Position numbers and translations under genes: made by a program. Shown here one piece after another: positions 1-9,759 of a DNA stretch of 64,000 bases (the stretch's first letter is position 1; each line of letters starts with the position of its first letter). This DNA is from Candidatus Saccharimonadia bacterium. GTDB taxonomy: Bacteria; Patescibacteriota; Saccharimonadia; Saccharimonadales; JALRHH01. The notes under the pieces were generated by a model. That model saw only the letters and a program-made list of their open reading frames with translations. It was not told the origin of the DNA and made no database searches. The stretch covers positions 24,130-88,129 of the forward strand of contig JALRHH010000001.1 of NCBI GenBank assembly GCA_023253175.1. The letters are read 5' to 3'.

Positions 1-2707
1 TTCTGGTAAGTCTTCACTTGCCTTTGACACGATCTATGCAGAAGGTCAGCGCCGGTATGTCGAATCACTCAGTTCATATGCCCGTCAATTTTTGGGGCTG
101 ATGGAAAAACCTGATGTTGATCAAATCGATGGCCTGTCTCCTGCAATTAGTATCGATCAGAAATCCACCAGTCGTAATCCACGTTCAACGGTTGCAACGG
201 TTACGGAAATTTATGACTATCTTCGTCTTATGTTTGCCCGAATTGGAGTGCCGCACTGTCCAATTTGCGGCAAGCCGGTTGCACGCCAAACGGTCCAGGC
301 GATCGTTGATAAGGTAAATAGCCTACCAGCCGGATCGCGTCTCATGATATTGGCGCCAATTGTGGTTGGAAAAAAAGGTGCATTTGAACACATTCCGGAG
401 CAGTATAGCCGCGCGGGATTTGCACGTGTTCGCGTTGATGGGGTTGTCTATGCGCTTGATGAATTCCCGGAACTTGAAAAAAGCTACAAGCACACCATTG
501 AAATTGTTGTTGACCGTTTAGTAAATGACGAAAACAGTCGAACTCGTTTGGCACAGTCCGTGGAGCAGGGACTTGAGATTGCTGACGGTAGATTGTCGGT
601 GATTGATGCTGATAGTGATGAAGTTCATAACTATAGTCTTATGTATGCATGTATTGATCATCCTGATGTGGTAATTCCGGAACTTGAACCGCGAACATTT
701 AGCTTTAACAGCCCGCAGGGCGCCTGTCCAACGTGTACCGGTCTGGGCTCACGTCTTGAGGTTGATCCCGAACTTGTCATTCCAAATGGTAAGCTCACGA
801 TCGCGGAAGGTGCGATTCGCCCATTCAATCGTATTAATGCAGACGCGTGGTATACCAAAAAAATGCAGGCGGTTGCCGAACGTTACGGCTTTTCACTGCA
901 TGTTCCAACGGGTGAACTTAAGAAAGAAGATCTTGATAGGATCTTGTACGGCACCGGCAACGAAACATATAAAGTTTCACTTGGGAGCGGCCGCGTATTT
1001 GATACCGCCTACGAAGGTGTTATTCCAAATCTAGAACGCCGCCACAAAGAAACCGATAGCGAATTTATGCGCAAAGATATCGAGCGGTTCATGCGTGAGC
1101 GTCCGTGTCACGTGTGCGGCGGTCGCCGTCTTAAGCCCGAAGTTCTGGCAATTACGGTTAACGGCAGTTCTATTATGGATGTTTGTGAATTGTCGATTAG
1201 CGAGGCAATCGATTACTTCAATAGCATGAAGCTTAACGACAAAGAGCAGACAATTGCAGAGCAGGTGACAAAAGAAATCTGTGCCCGTCTGAAGTTCATG
1301 AATGATGTTGGTTTGAGTTACTTGAATCTGCTTCGTAGTGCGGCAACATTGTCTGGTGGTGAGGCGCAGCGTATTCGTCTGGCAACACAGATTGGATCAG
1401 GGCTTATGGGCGTTCTGTACGTTTTGGATGAGCCAAGTATCGGTCTGCATCAACGCGATAATGAAAAGCTTATTAAAACACTCAAGCACCTTCGTGATCT
1501 TGGAAACACTGTGCTTGTTGTGGAACACGATGAAGATACCATCCGCACTGCTGACTATTTACTTGATATTGGGCCGGGTGCTGGTGTGCATGGTGGCCAT
1601 GTGGTGTCGCGTGGTACGCCCGATGAGGTTGCGCATGATCCAAAGAGTATGACCGGACAGTACTTGCTTGGCAAAAAAGTTATTGCTGTTCCGAAAAAGC
1701 GCCGCGAGGGTAACGGTAAGTCACTTGTTATTAAGGGCGCCAAAGAACACAATCTCAAGAACGTAACGGTTGAAATTCCACTTGGCAAAATGGTGGTTGT
1801 CACGGGTGTTTCTGGATCTGGTAAATCAACACTGATTAATGATATTCTCGCCAAAGAACTGGCCGCCCGTTTGATGCGTGCAAGTAGCGTGCCGGGCCGC
1901 CATGAAGAAATCGAGGGGATTAAGCAGCTCGATAAGGTTATTGATATCGATCAGTCTCCAATTGGTCGTACACCTCGCTCTAATCCAGCAACGTATACTG
2001 GTTTATTTACACCAATTCGTGAGCTTTTTGCTGCAACTCCAGAAGCAAAACTCCGCGGTTATGGTCCCGGGAGATTTAGCTTTAACGTAAAGGGTGGCCG
2101 CTGCGAAAACTGTGCCGGTGATGGCATTATCAAGATCGAAATGCACTTCCTTCCTGATGTGTATGTGCCGTGTGAAGTCTGTAAGGGTCAGCGATACAAC
2201 CGTGAGGCACTGGAGATCGTGTACAAAGGGAAGACGATTAGTGACGTGCTACGTATGACATGCGAAGACGCGCTTGATTTCTTTGGCAATATTCCAGCAA
2301 TCGCACGCAAGCTGCAAACGATGGTTGATGTCGGTCTGGGCTATATAGCACTCGGGCAGTCGGCTACGACATTGTCTGGTGGTGAGGCGCAGCGCATTAA
2401 GCTTGCGACTGAATTGTCTCGTCGTCCCACGGGCCGCACACTCTACATCCTGGACGAGCCAACGACTGGTCTTCATATGGAGGATGTCAACAAACTGATG
2501 AAAGTGCTCCATGCTCTCGTTGATACGGGCAATAGTATGGTGATTATCGAGCACAACCTTGATGTGATAAAAAATGGCGATTGGTTGATTGATATGGGTC
2601 CAGAAGGCGGTTCTGGCGGTGGTATGGTTATGGCTGAAGGTACGCCAGAACAAGTTGCCAAAGTTAAAGATTCTTATACTGGTCAGTTCCTTAAGAAGCT
2701 CTTATGA
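1..2707 (+). CDS. uvrA: Excinuclease ABC subunit A, 5' end outside the window (frame open from nt 2)
   Basis: Frame from nt 2 reads [24 protein letters not shown]; two [12 protein letters not shown] signatures, GVSGSGKS Walker A, CxxC zinc fingers. Confidence 0.99.
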   Translation, partial: SGKSSLAFDTIYAEGQRRYVESLSSYARQFLGLMEKPDVDQIDGLSPAISIDQKSTSRNPRSTVATVTEIYDYLRLMFARIGVPHCPICGKPVARQTVQAIVDKVNSLPAGSRLMILAPIVVGKKGAFEHIPEQYSRAGFARVRVDGVVYALDEFPELEKSYKHTIEIVVDRLVNDENSRTRLAQSVEQGLEIADGRLSVIDADSDEVHNYSLMYACIDHPDVVIPELEPRTFSFNSPQGACPTCTGLGSRLEVDPELVIPNGKLTIAEGAIRPFNRINADAWYTKKMQAVAERYGFSLHVPTGELKKEDLDRILYGTGNETYKVSLGSGRVFDTAYEGVIPNLERRHKETDSEFMRKDIERFMRERPCHVCGGRRLKPEVLAITVNGSSIMDVCELSISEAIDYFNSMKLNDKEQTIAEQVTKEICARLKFMNDVGLSYLNLLRSAATLSGGEAQRIRLATQIGSGLMGVLYVLDEPSIGLHQRDNEKLIKTLKHLRDLGNTVLVVEHDEDTIRTADYLLDIGPGAGVHGGHVVSRGTPDEVAHDPKSMTGQYLLGKKVIAVPKKRREGNGKSLVIKGAKEHNLKNVTVEIPLGKMVVVTGVSGSGKSTLINDILAKELAARLMRASSVPGRHEEIEGIKQLDKVIDIDQSPIGRTPRSNPATYTGLFTPIRELFAATPEAKLRGYGPGRFSFNVKGGRCENCAGDGIIKIEMHFLPDVYVPCEVCKGQRYNREALEIVYKGKTISDVLRMTCEDALDFFGNIPAIARKLQTMVDVGLGYIALGQSATTLSGGEAQRIKLATELSRRPTGRTLYILDEPTTGLHMEDVNKLMKVLHALVDTGNSMVIIEHNLDVIKNGDWLIDMGPEGGSGGGMVMAEGTPEQVAKVKDSYTGQFLKKLL

Positions 2708-3243
2708 CCAAGAAAACTTTCAATCCCGAAATAGCGGAATATGAGGGTGCGGAAGGATATGTGCGATACTGCAGTGGCTTGGGAATACTGCAGCAACCAG
2801 AGGCATGGAGATCGATTCATAACCAGGCTGATATTGAGGGTAATATTGACTCTGTGCTCGTAACTGCCGAGCACTTAATACTTAGCGGCTCTAGAAAATT
2901 TATTGACGCTTCCGCTGGGCTCAGTGGAATTACCAATTTCACTGAGGCAAAGACTAAGTTCGATGAGGTTGCACCAACTATGTATCGGCTGCTCGGAAGA
3001 GTGTGCGAGAGTCAATTCGGCAGATTACAGGAAATAAATACTGCGTATCCAATCGTTAGACCTGCACCATTCCTCGACAGGACTACATACAGGTATATTG
3101 CGGGCGGTGATTATTCGAGAATCCACTTCAGTACTATGCTTGATGATATGGTGCCTGCAGAGGTATTGAGGGAACGATTAGAGAATCGATCATTCTCAAG
3201 ATGGCCATCTGGCTTGAGGATACCAAGATTAGCGCTTCCGTAG
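2704..3243 (+). CDS. Hypothetical protein (179 aa)
   Basis: ATGA overlap with the uvrA stop suggests translational coupling; no recognisable motif. Confidence 0.65.
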   Translation: MTKKTFNPEIAEYEGAEGYVRYCSGLGILQQPEAWRSIHNQADIEGNIDSVLVTAEHLILSGSRKFIDASAGLSGITNFTEAKTKFDEVAPTMYRLLGRVCESQFGRLQEINTAYPIVRPAPFLDRTTYRYIAGGDYSRIHFSTMLDDMVPAEVLRERLENRSFSRWPSGLRIPRLALP

Positions 3244-3900
3244 TATTGTTTTGATTTCGCGCTTTGTGGCATGCCAGATGGCGTGTCGGCGATTCTTGTC
3301 TTTAAGTATGTGGATAGCTGGTGGTGCGACTGAGATAAAAATGATCACTGCAATAACGGGTAGTAGAATGTGGTCGATTTCCCAGCCCATGTGTTCAAAC
3401 CACTTACCTAGGAAATATCCCGCGTAGGTAACGCCAGCGGCCCAAAAGAAAGCGCCAATAATGTTATAGGTAAGAAATTTCCTGTATTCCATTTTGCCAA
3501 TACCAGCAACAATTGGGGCGAAGGTGCGCACGATTGGCACGAAGCGAGCGATGATAATTGTTTTACCGCCATGCTTTTCATAAAAAGCCTGTGCTTGCTT
3601 AACGTATTCCTGTTTGAATAATCGGGCGTCAGGTTTATTAAATACTCTTGGTCCAGCCTTTCGGCCAAATGTATATCCAACTGAATCTCCAGCAACGGCC
3701 GCAAAGAATAAGATGGCTACGAGCACATGAATATTTATTGGAAGAAGGCCTGTGTAAGTCAAGAATCCCGCAGTGAATAGCAGGCTGTCGCCCGGTAGAA
3801 AGAACCCGATGAGCAGGCCGCTTTCGGCAAAGATGATCAGAGCAACGCCAATCACCCCAACAAGTTTAATCAGTTCTGTGAGCTCAATTCCAGGAATCAT
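3229..3900 (-). CDS. DedA/VTT family membrane protein
   Basis: FAESGLLIGFFLPGDSLLFTAG and ARFVPIVRTFAP motifs; start moved to ATG 3900, 7 nt after TATACT. Confidence 0.95.
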   Translation of the reverse strand: MIPGIELTELIKLVGVIGVALIIFAESGLLIGFFLPGDSLLFTAGFLTYTGLLPINIHVLVAILFFAAVAGDSVGYTFGRKAGPRVFNKPDARLFKQEYVKQAQAFYEKHGGKTIIIARFVPIVRTFAPIVAGIGKMEYRKFLTYNIIGAFFWAAGVTYAGYFLGKWFEHMGWEIDHILLPVIAVIIFISVAPPAIHILKDKNRRHAIWHATKREIKTILRKR

Positions 3901-4026
3901 TAGCTCTAGTATATCAGTAGTTGCTGCACGGTTAGTATTCAAAACATGTGAAGTAGCTAACAGTCCAGATAACCGAACTCTTTATAATAAGTACAGTCTA
4001 ACGACCGAATTATTAAGGAGGAACGA

Positions 4027-4728
4027 ATGACAAATCAGGACATTACATTAGAACTTCAGGAGAGAACAGCTGTTCGCAAGCGACTTCGTGCTCTTCGGAG
4101 AGAGGGCCTGGTACCCGCGGTTGTACATGACCATGGTAAGGATTCGATATACGTATCAGGTGATTACGGTACGATTGTAAAAACCTATCAGCAGGCAGGG
4201 AAACATCACCCAGTTAACCTTACGGTTGGTGGTAAGAAACACCTTGCACTAATTAAGGACGTGGATTTTGGACCCGTAAAGCACGAATTCCGGCACGTTG
4301 TGTTCCAGGCTATCCGGCAGAATGAAGAAGTCGACGCAGAAGTACCAATCGTATTCAAAGAAGACGCCGAGATACCAGCAGAAAAGGTAAGTCTTATGGT
4401 TCTAAAGCAGCTTGACGTAGTGCAGGTGAAGGCATTACCAAGAGATCTGCCGGACCAACTTGTGGTTGATCCAAGCAATCTCGTGGAAGTTGGCGATAGT
4501 ATCACGGTCGCAGATCTTGTCGCGCCGAAAGGGGTGACGATCGTTACAGAGCCCGATCATCAGATTGCAATTGTTGAGATGCCAAAAGATCAGATTGCTG
4601 AAGCTAATGCTGCTGCAGAGGCTCTGGCCGAAGATGCAGGCAAACCTGACGCTGAAACCCAGGAAGAGGCAACGACGCCAGCTGCTGAAAAAGATAACGC
4701 TAATCCAGAATCAAATGACGATAAGTAA
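4027..4728 (+). CDS. rplY: 50S ribosomal protein bL25 (long Ctc type)
   Basis: LRREGLVPAVV N-domain, ALPRDLPDQLVVD C-domain, acidic tail, AAGGAGG SD. Confidence 0.93.
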   Translation: MTNQDITLELQERTAVRKRLRALRREGLVPAVVHDHGKDSIYVSGDYGTIVKTYQQAGKHHPVNLTVGGKKHLALIKDVDFGPVKHEFRHVVFQAIRQNEEVDAEVPIVFKEDAEIPAEKVSLMVLKQLDVVQVKALPRDLPDQLVVDPSNLVEVGDSITVADLVAPKGVTIVTEPDHQIAIVEMPKDQIAEANAAAEALAEDAGKPDAETQEEATTPAAEKDNANPESNDDK

Positions 4729-4742
4729 GCGTAGTTTGGCGT

Positions 4743-4774
4743 AATAAAAATGACCCGTCTGGGTCATTTTTATT
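4743..4774. terminator. Bidirectional intrinsic terminator
   Basis: AATAAAAATGACCC-gtct-GGGTCATTTTTATT between converging rplY and the ABC gene. Confidence 0.85.
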
Positions 4775-4815
4775 TGGTGCTCTATAAGATAAAGTGGACT
4801 TTATTGTATCTCTGT

Positions 4816-6606
4816 TCATTCATCTATGAAGCCACCAGATTGCTTGGCCCAAAGCTTTGCGTATGCTCCGTTTCGATGAATGAGGTCGCGGTGACTACCT
4901 TCTTCGATAATCTTGCCTTTGTCCATAACGATAATACGATCCATTTGTTGAATCGTACTTAATCGGTGAGCAATCACAATTGCGGTTCGGTGCTCCATAA
5001 GTTTCCAGAGCGCGTCTTGTATCAGATTCTCGCTTTCACTATCAAGCGCAGACGTCGCCTCATCAAGCACGAGGATAGGAGCATTCTTGAGCATTGAGCG
5101 TGCGATAGCCACACGTTGCCTTTGGCCGCCAGAAAGCTTAACTCCACGTTCGCCGACCAAAGTGTCGTAACCCTCCTCCAGCTCACTAATGAACTCATGT
5201 GCATGCGCCATCTTGGCAATTGCTTCAATCTCTTGCATTGAAGCATCAGGACGACTGTAGGCAATATTCTCTGCCAGACTGCGGTGAAAAAGCAGCGGTT
5301 CTTGTGGTACATAAGTGATATGGCTTCGCAGGTCGTGCTGCGTTATTGAGCGAATATCTTGGCCATCAATTAAGATTTGGCCCTTTTGGATATCTGAGAA
5401 GCGAAGGAGCAGACTCGTCAGTGATGTCTTACCAGAGCCAGAGCGCCCAACAAGTCCAATTTTTTCACCTGGTTTAATACGTAAATTCATGCCAGAGAAG
5501 AGCGGTTTTTCGCTACCAGCGTGGGCAAACGTAATGTTTTTGAACTCAATTTTACCGCCGCGGATCTGGCTTTCTTCTGGCTGTTCAGGATCCTTAATGT
5601 TTGGTTCAATCTGTAGTATTTTTACCATATCGCTTGCGTCACCAAGGGCGCGGTTGAATTGTCGCAGAACATTCTGGAATTCCCAGAGTCTCTGTCCAAT
5701 AACACCGGTGTAGCTTACGATGAGGAACAACGTAGCAATATCTGCGCCGTAATATTTGGTACCAAGTACCGCGATAAAAAGCGCGCCAATACCGATGATT
5801 GAAGTAAGCGTCGAAGAGAAGAGTTCACGGTAGGTGGTTGCAACCATTGATTTATGCGTTGCGTGCTTGGTCTTTGTTGCTTCTTTCCAGTAGCGCTTTG
5901 ATTCGTAGTCTTCAGCCGCAAAACTTTTGATAGCCATAATGTTCGTGACACTATCGGCGAGCTGGCCGGTTTGACGGCTTTCTTGTTCGGCTTGTTCCCT
6001 GTTTGCTTCGCGCACTGCCTTGGAGAAGTAGATTGTTCCGATGATGTAAAGAATTGATAAGCCCACAAGTGAGACAGCATAGACGGGTGCTTTTGGTCCG
6101 AGAATAACGAGTGTTGCAATCATACTTATGACCAACGTATATAGATTAAATATGGTTGCATCGGCAAATCTAATATAGCTTCCAACCAGTTTGTTGGTTT
6201 GTGACACTAACGAGCCGCCGAATCGGTTGGCGTGGAAATTCGCATCAAGGCTCACCAGATGATTAAAGACCCTTGTTGCAATGTCCCGGAGGACTTTCAT
6301 CTCGAGCATCCAGATGAGCCAGATATTAAGGCGCCATCCAATAATACCGCTGCCTACAACTGCTAGTGAATACCAAATAAGCTCCCACTTGAAACTTCCG
6401 AGTAGATTGTTGCTATCAAAGGCGCCTTCACTAATTCGCTGAAGGATTATTGCTTGAATATATGGCTGTACATAGTTCATGGTAATTACCGCGAACAAGA
6501 CGCCAATAAGTAGCGGAATGGTGAAGCGCTTATAACGCATTGCATGGCTCACGAATAATTGGATCGTCAGCTTGTTAATTGATTTTTCTGAAGTGCGATT
6601 TTTCAT
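4816..6606 (-). CDS. ABC exporter, fused permease/ATPase (MdlB/MsbA-like)
   Basis: N-terminal TM domain, GRSGSGKT, LSGGQRQR, LDEATSALD, IAHRLST. Confidence 0.95.
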   Translation of the reverse strand: MKNRTSEKSINKLTIQLFVSHAMRYKRFTIPLLIGVLFAVITMNYVQPYIQAIILQRISEGAFDSNNLLGSFKWELIWYSLAVVGSGIIGWRLNIWLIWMLEMKVLRDIATRVFNHLVSLDANFHANRFGGSLVSQTNKLVGSYIRFADATIFNLYTLVISMIATLVILGPKAPVYAVSLVGLSILYIIGTIYFSKAVREANREQAEQESRQTGQLADSVTNIMAIKSFAAEDYESKRYWKEATKTKHATHKSMVATTYRELFSSTLTSIIGIGALFIAVLGTKYYGADIATLFLIVSYTGVIGQRLWEFQNVLRQFNRALGDASDMVKILQIEPNIKDPEQPEESQIRGGKIEFKNITFAHAGSEKPLFSGMNLRIKPGEKIGLVGRSGSGKTSLTSLLLRFSDIQKGQILIDGQDIRSITQHDLRSHITYVPQEPLLFHRSLAENIAYSRPDASMQEIEAIAKMAHAHEFISELEEGYDTLVGERGVKLSGGQRQRVAIARSMLKNAPILVLDEATSALDSESENLIQDALWKLMEHRTAIVIAHRLSTIQQMDRIIVMDKGKIIEEGSHRDLIHRNGAYAKLWAKQSGGFIDE

Positions 6607-6735
6607 AACACCGTGCCTCCTTGCAGGTGGTATTACAACCTTGAACCAGGTCGTGTTTGATAGTAATTGATTAGTTTGGTATTTAGTTTATATTGCCGCT
6701 GGCTCACGCTGCCAGTTTGGTACAAATACGAGCTA

Positions 6736-6792
6736 TTAAGAGATTGAACGGGCGAATGGTGGTTTTGCCTCGGCCGCTGTCTGTATACTCAT
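6736..6792 (-). CDS. Putative leader peptide MSIQTAAEAKPPFARSIS upstream of the ABC exporter
   Basis: 18-codon ORF preceded by GGAAAGGG, downstream of TTGACA/TGATATAAT promoter elements. Confidence 0.5.
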   Translation of the reverse strand: MSIQTAAEAKPPFARSIS

Positions 6793-6885
6793 GAATGATC
6801 GCCCTTTCCGTTATATTGTAATACTTACAATTATATCATATCTGTCAAGTGAAATAAGAACAGGGGTGTGGTATAATGTCTCTCG

Positions 6886-7785
6886 ATGCAAAAAATATTA
6901 CTTTACTACAAGTTTACGCCGTTGAATGACCCGGAAGCAGTGAAACTATGGCAAAAGACACTTTGCGATAGCCTCAACCTGCGTGGACGAATACTCGTCA
7001 GCCGTCAGGGACTCAACGGAACTGTCGGTGGTGATATTGATGACCTGAAGGCCTACGTCAAGGCTACGAAATCATATCCAGCATTCAAAGGAATTGTATT
7101 TAAGTGGAGTGATGGCGGCCGGGAAGATTTTCCTCGTATGAGTGTCAAGCACCGGCGCGAGCTTGTGGGTTTTCAGAATAGTGATGATGAGTTTGAAGTT
7201 GACGAAAACGGCGTGGTTGGCGGCGGTAAGCATATCAAACCGGCCCAGGTTAACGAAATGGTAGAAAAGTTTGGCGATGATGTGGTGTTCTTTGATGGCC
7301 GTAATGCTCATGAGGCAAGTATCGGCAAGTTTAAAAACGCAGTTGTTCCAAATACTAATACAAGTCGTGATTTCATTGCAGAGCTTGAAAGCGATAAATA
7401 CAATGACATCAAAGATAAGAAAGTCATTACCTACTGCACAGGTGGTATTCGCTGCGAAGTGATTAGCTCTATGATGAAAAAGCGTGGCTTCAAGGATGTC
7501 TATCAAATTGATGGCGGAATCGTGAAGTACGGTGAAACATATGGTGATGACGGACTGTGGGAGGGAAGTCTCCGTGTGTTCGATAACCGAATGAAAGTTG
7601 ATTTTTCTGACCATGCTAAGACAATTGGTGTCTGCACACATTGCCAGGGTAAAACCAGCAATTTTGAAAACTGTGCTAACACGGCTTGTAACGATCTTGT
7701 ACTTATTTGCGAGAACTGTAAACAAAACCCAGAGCTTCTATACCACACTGAAAAGTGCCGTGAAGCCATGGCTGTTATCGCCTAG
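6886..7785 (+). CDS. trhO: O2-dependent tRNA U34 hydroxylase (UPF0176 rhodanese family)
   Basis: LLYYKF, LRGRILVSRQGLNGT, YCTGGIRCE, GGIVKY and VFDNRM motifs; C-terminal Cys cluster. Confidence 0.9.
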   Translation: MQKILLYYKFTPLNDPEAVKLWQKTLCDSLNLRGRILVSRQGLNGTVGGDIDDLKAYVKATKSYPAFKGIVFKWSDGGREDFPRMSVKHRRELVGFQNSDDEFEVDENGVVGGGKHIKPAQVNEMVEKFGDDVVFFDGRNAHEASIGKFKNAVVPNTNTSRDFIAELESDKYNDIKDKKVITYCTGGIRCEVISSMMKKRGFKDVYQIDGGIVKYGETYGDDGLWEGSLRVFDNRMKVDFSDHAKTIGVCTHCQGKTSNFENCANTACNDLVLICENCKQNPELLYHTEKCREAMAVIA

Positions 7786-7807
7786 CATATGTAGTTAAAA
7801 ATAACGG

Positions 7808-7853
7808 TTGACCAAACCAAGGTAAGAGCGTAACATTTAACCATATGGTTGAA
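7808..7853 (+). promoter_or_regulatory. sigma70 promoter with ArsR-type operator over the start codon
   Basis: TTGACC-17-TAACAT; near-palindrome TTTAACCAT-ATGGTTGAA (7836-7853). Confidence 0.7.
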
Positions 7854-8171
7854 TATGAATTACGACTGGATATGATATTTAGTTCACTGTCTGATCCGAT
7901 TAGGCGCGATATATTGCAGCGCGTGTCGGCCCGTGAATTCTCTGTTGGTGAGCTCGTTGAACGGTATGAAGTTAGTTTTGCTGCAATTTCGAAGCATTTA
8001 AAGGTGCTCGAGAAAGCAAAGCTTGTTCACAAACGAAAGGAGGGTAAAAAGCAAATGGTACGACTGGCACCGGATGCTTTAAGGAGCGCCGATGAATATT
8101 TGGAGCAGTATCGCCAGATGTGGCAAGGCAGGTACGACAAGCTCGATATGTTATTAAACGAAAGGGATTAA
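7845..8171 (+). CDS. ArsR/SmtB family regulator
   Basis: FSSLSDPIRRDIL...SFAAISKHLKVLEKAKLV. Confidence 0.93.
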   Translation: MVEYELRLDMIFSSLSDPIRRDILQRVSAREFSVGELVERYEVSFAAISKHLKVLEKAKLVHKRKEGKKQMVRLAPDALRSADEYLEQYRQMWQGRYDKLDMLLNERD

Positions 8172-8173
8172 TC

Positions 8174-8677
8174 ATGGCAGAAGTAAAAGTTACCAAAGAT
8201 TTAGAAAATAAAAAGCTTGTTGTTGAGTTTGTAGCAAATGGCCCTAAGGATAAAGTTTGGAAGGCGTACGCCGACAAAGAATGGTTTGAAAAATGGTGGG
8301 GCCCAGAGGGATGGGAAACTACTGTTAAAGAGTTTAACCTGACACCCGGCGGCCGTGTGCACTATGGTATGAAATGTGTGGATGAGAACCAGGGCGAATG
8401 GTTTGGCCAAGTATCATGGGGCCTCATGGAGATCCAGTCGGTCGAAGAGGGTAAAAGCTTTACGTACGTTGACTATTTCTCTGATGAAGATGCGAACCTG
8501 AACCAGGAACTACCTGCGCTCACCATCACAAATGAATTCATCGAAGAAGATGGTAAGACCAGAATCATCAGCACAAGCTATGCAAATAGTGCGGAGCAAA
8601 TTGAAGAGCTCATTAAGATGGGCATGATCGAAGGATTTAGCAGCCAACTCAATAAGCTGGATCAACTCGTTGCCTAG
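8174..8677 (+). CDS. SRPBCC/AHSA1 (START-fold) protein
   Basis: VWKAYAD...KWWGPEGW; usual partner of ArsR; start ATG 8174 after AAAGGGA. Confidence 0.9.
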   Translation: MAEVKVTKDLENKKLVVEFVANGPKDKVWKAYADKEWFEKWWGPEGWETTVKEFNLTPGGRVHYGMKCVDENQGEWFGQVSWGLMEIQSVEEGKSFTYVDYFSDEDANLNQELPALTITNEFIEEDGKTRIISTSYANSAEQIEELIKMGMIEGFSSQLNKLDQLVA

Positions 8678-8697
8678 CAAAGGCGTATACTTTATAT

Positions 8698-9053
8698 ATG
8701 AAACAAGATCCCAAATAGATGCGTATGTGGCGCAGTTCAAAGGTGAAGCATTAGATCGTTTGAATCGTCTCAGAGCACTTACAAAGAATGTGGTGCCGGA
8801 GGCAGTGGAGTCGTATAGTTATGGCCTAATTGGCTTTAAGTATAAAGGCAAGCCACTAGTATACTACGGTGCATTCGCGCATCATATTGGGTTCTACGCA
8901 ACACCAAATGGCCATGAGGCGTTTGCTGACGAGTTTGCAAAATACAAGCAAGGTAAAGGTTCGGTCCAACTTCCCTTAGATCAAGCGCTGCCCTTTGATC
9001 TTGTTGAAAAAGTGGTGAAGTACCGCGTTGAAAATATAGAGGAGTCACGGTAA
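8698..9053 (+). pseudogene. DUF1801/YdhG-like protein with an apparent 1-nt frameshift near the start
   Basis: IDAY...HIGFYATP...KGSVQLP motifs; the promoter-adjacent ATG 8698 reads MKQDPK-stop, out of frame with the domain. Confidence 0.6.
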
Positions 9054-9328
9054 TGTCATTTCAAGCATATCTCGATAATATTGAAGCAAAAACAGGTAAG
9101 ACGCCGCAGCAGTTTATTGATGAGGCGGCCGCTAGGGGCTTTGGGAAAGATACAAAGGCCGGCGAAATTGTGCAGTGGCTTGCAAATGAGTATGGCCTTG
9201 GTCGTGGTCATGCCATGGCGCTCGTGCATATCATAAAACATGGGGCTCAGATTTCAGATAAGCATGTCAATTCTGGTGGCGCACACAGCGACGAGAGTGG
9301 CACACTTCGCTTGAGCGGAAAGGAGTGA
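9053..9328 (+). CDS. DUF4287 family protein
   Basis: MSFQAYLDNIEAKTGKTP...YGLGRGHAMALV. Confidence 0.9.
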   Translation: MSFQAYLDNIEAKTGKTPQQFIDEAAARGFGKDTKAGEIVQWLANEYGLGRGHAMALVHIIKHGAQISDKHVNSGGAHSDESGTLRLSGKE

Positions 9329-9330
9329 TC

Positions 9331-9723
9331 ATGCCGCAGGATATACAGGACTATCTCGCGCGTCAACCAGAAGGAGCCCGTCAGATATGCGAGCGGTTGC
9401 AATCGGTGATCGCCGATAATTTTGCGGATGCGGAAAACAAAGTTTGGCATGCTCACCCGGTGTGGTTTCTAGCTGGCAATCCAATCGTTGGCTATAGCAC
9501 ACTTAAAAGTGGCGTCAGGCTGATGTTTTGGAGCGGCGCTGATTTCAATGGACCAGGACTCATTCCGGGAACAGGTAAGTTCAAGGATGCATCAATTACC
9601 TATCAATCCGCCGACGAGGTTGACGAGGATGCCATTAGCCGCTGGCTTGCGGAATCCCGGGAGATCCAGTGGGACTATAAGAACATAGTCAAAAATAAAG
9701 GTCATCTTACGAGAATCAGTTAG
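9331..9723 (+). CDS. DUF1801 family protein
   Basis: KVWHAHPVWFLAGNPIVGYS...LMFWSG...QWDYKNIVK. Confidence 0.88.
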   Translation: MPQDIQDYLARQPEGARQICERLQSVIADNFADAENKVWHAHPVWFLAGNPIVGYSTLKSGVRLMFWSGADFNGPGLIPGTGKFKDASITYQSADEVDEDAISRWLAESREIQWDYKNIVKNKGHLTRIS

Positions 9724-9759
9724 CTGAGCGCTGGTACAAGTCGGTGCTACAATAAGTAC

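Noticed and set aside
3773-4030. 85-aa plus-strand ORF
   Set aside because: Antisense shadow of dedA running through the divergent promoter region; no motif
7072-7725. 217-aa minus-strand ORF
   Set aside because: Antisense shadow of trhO
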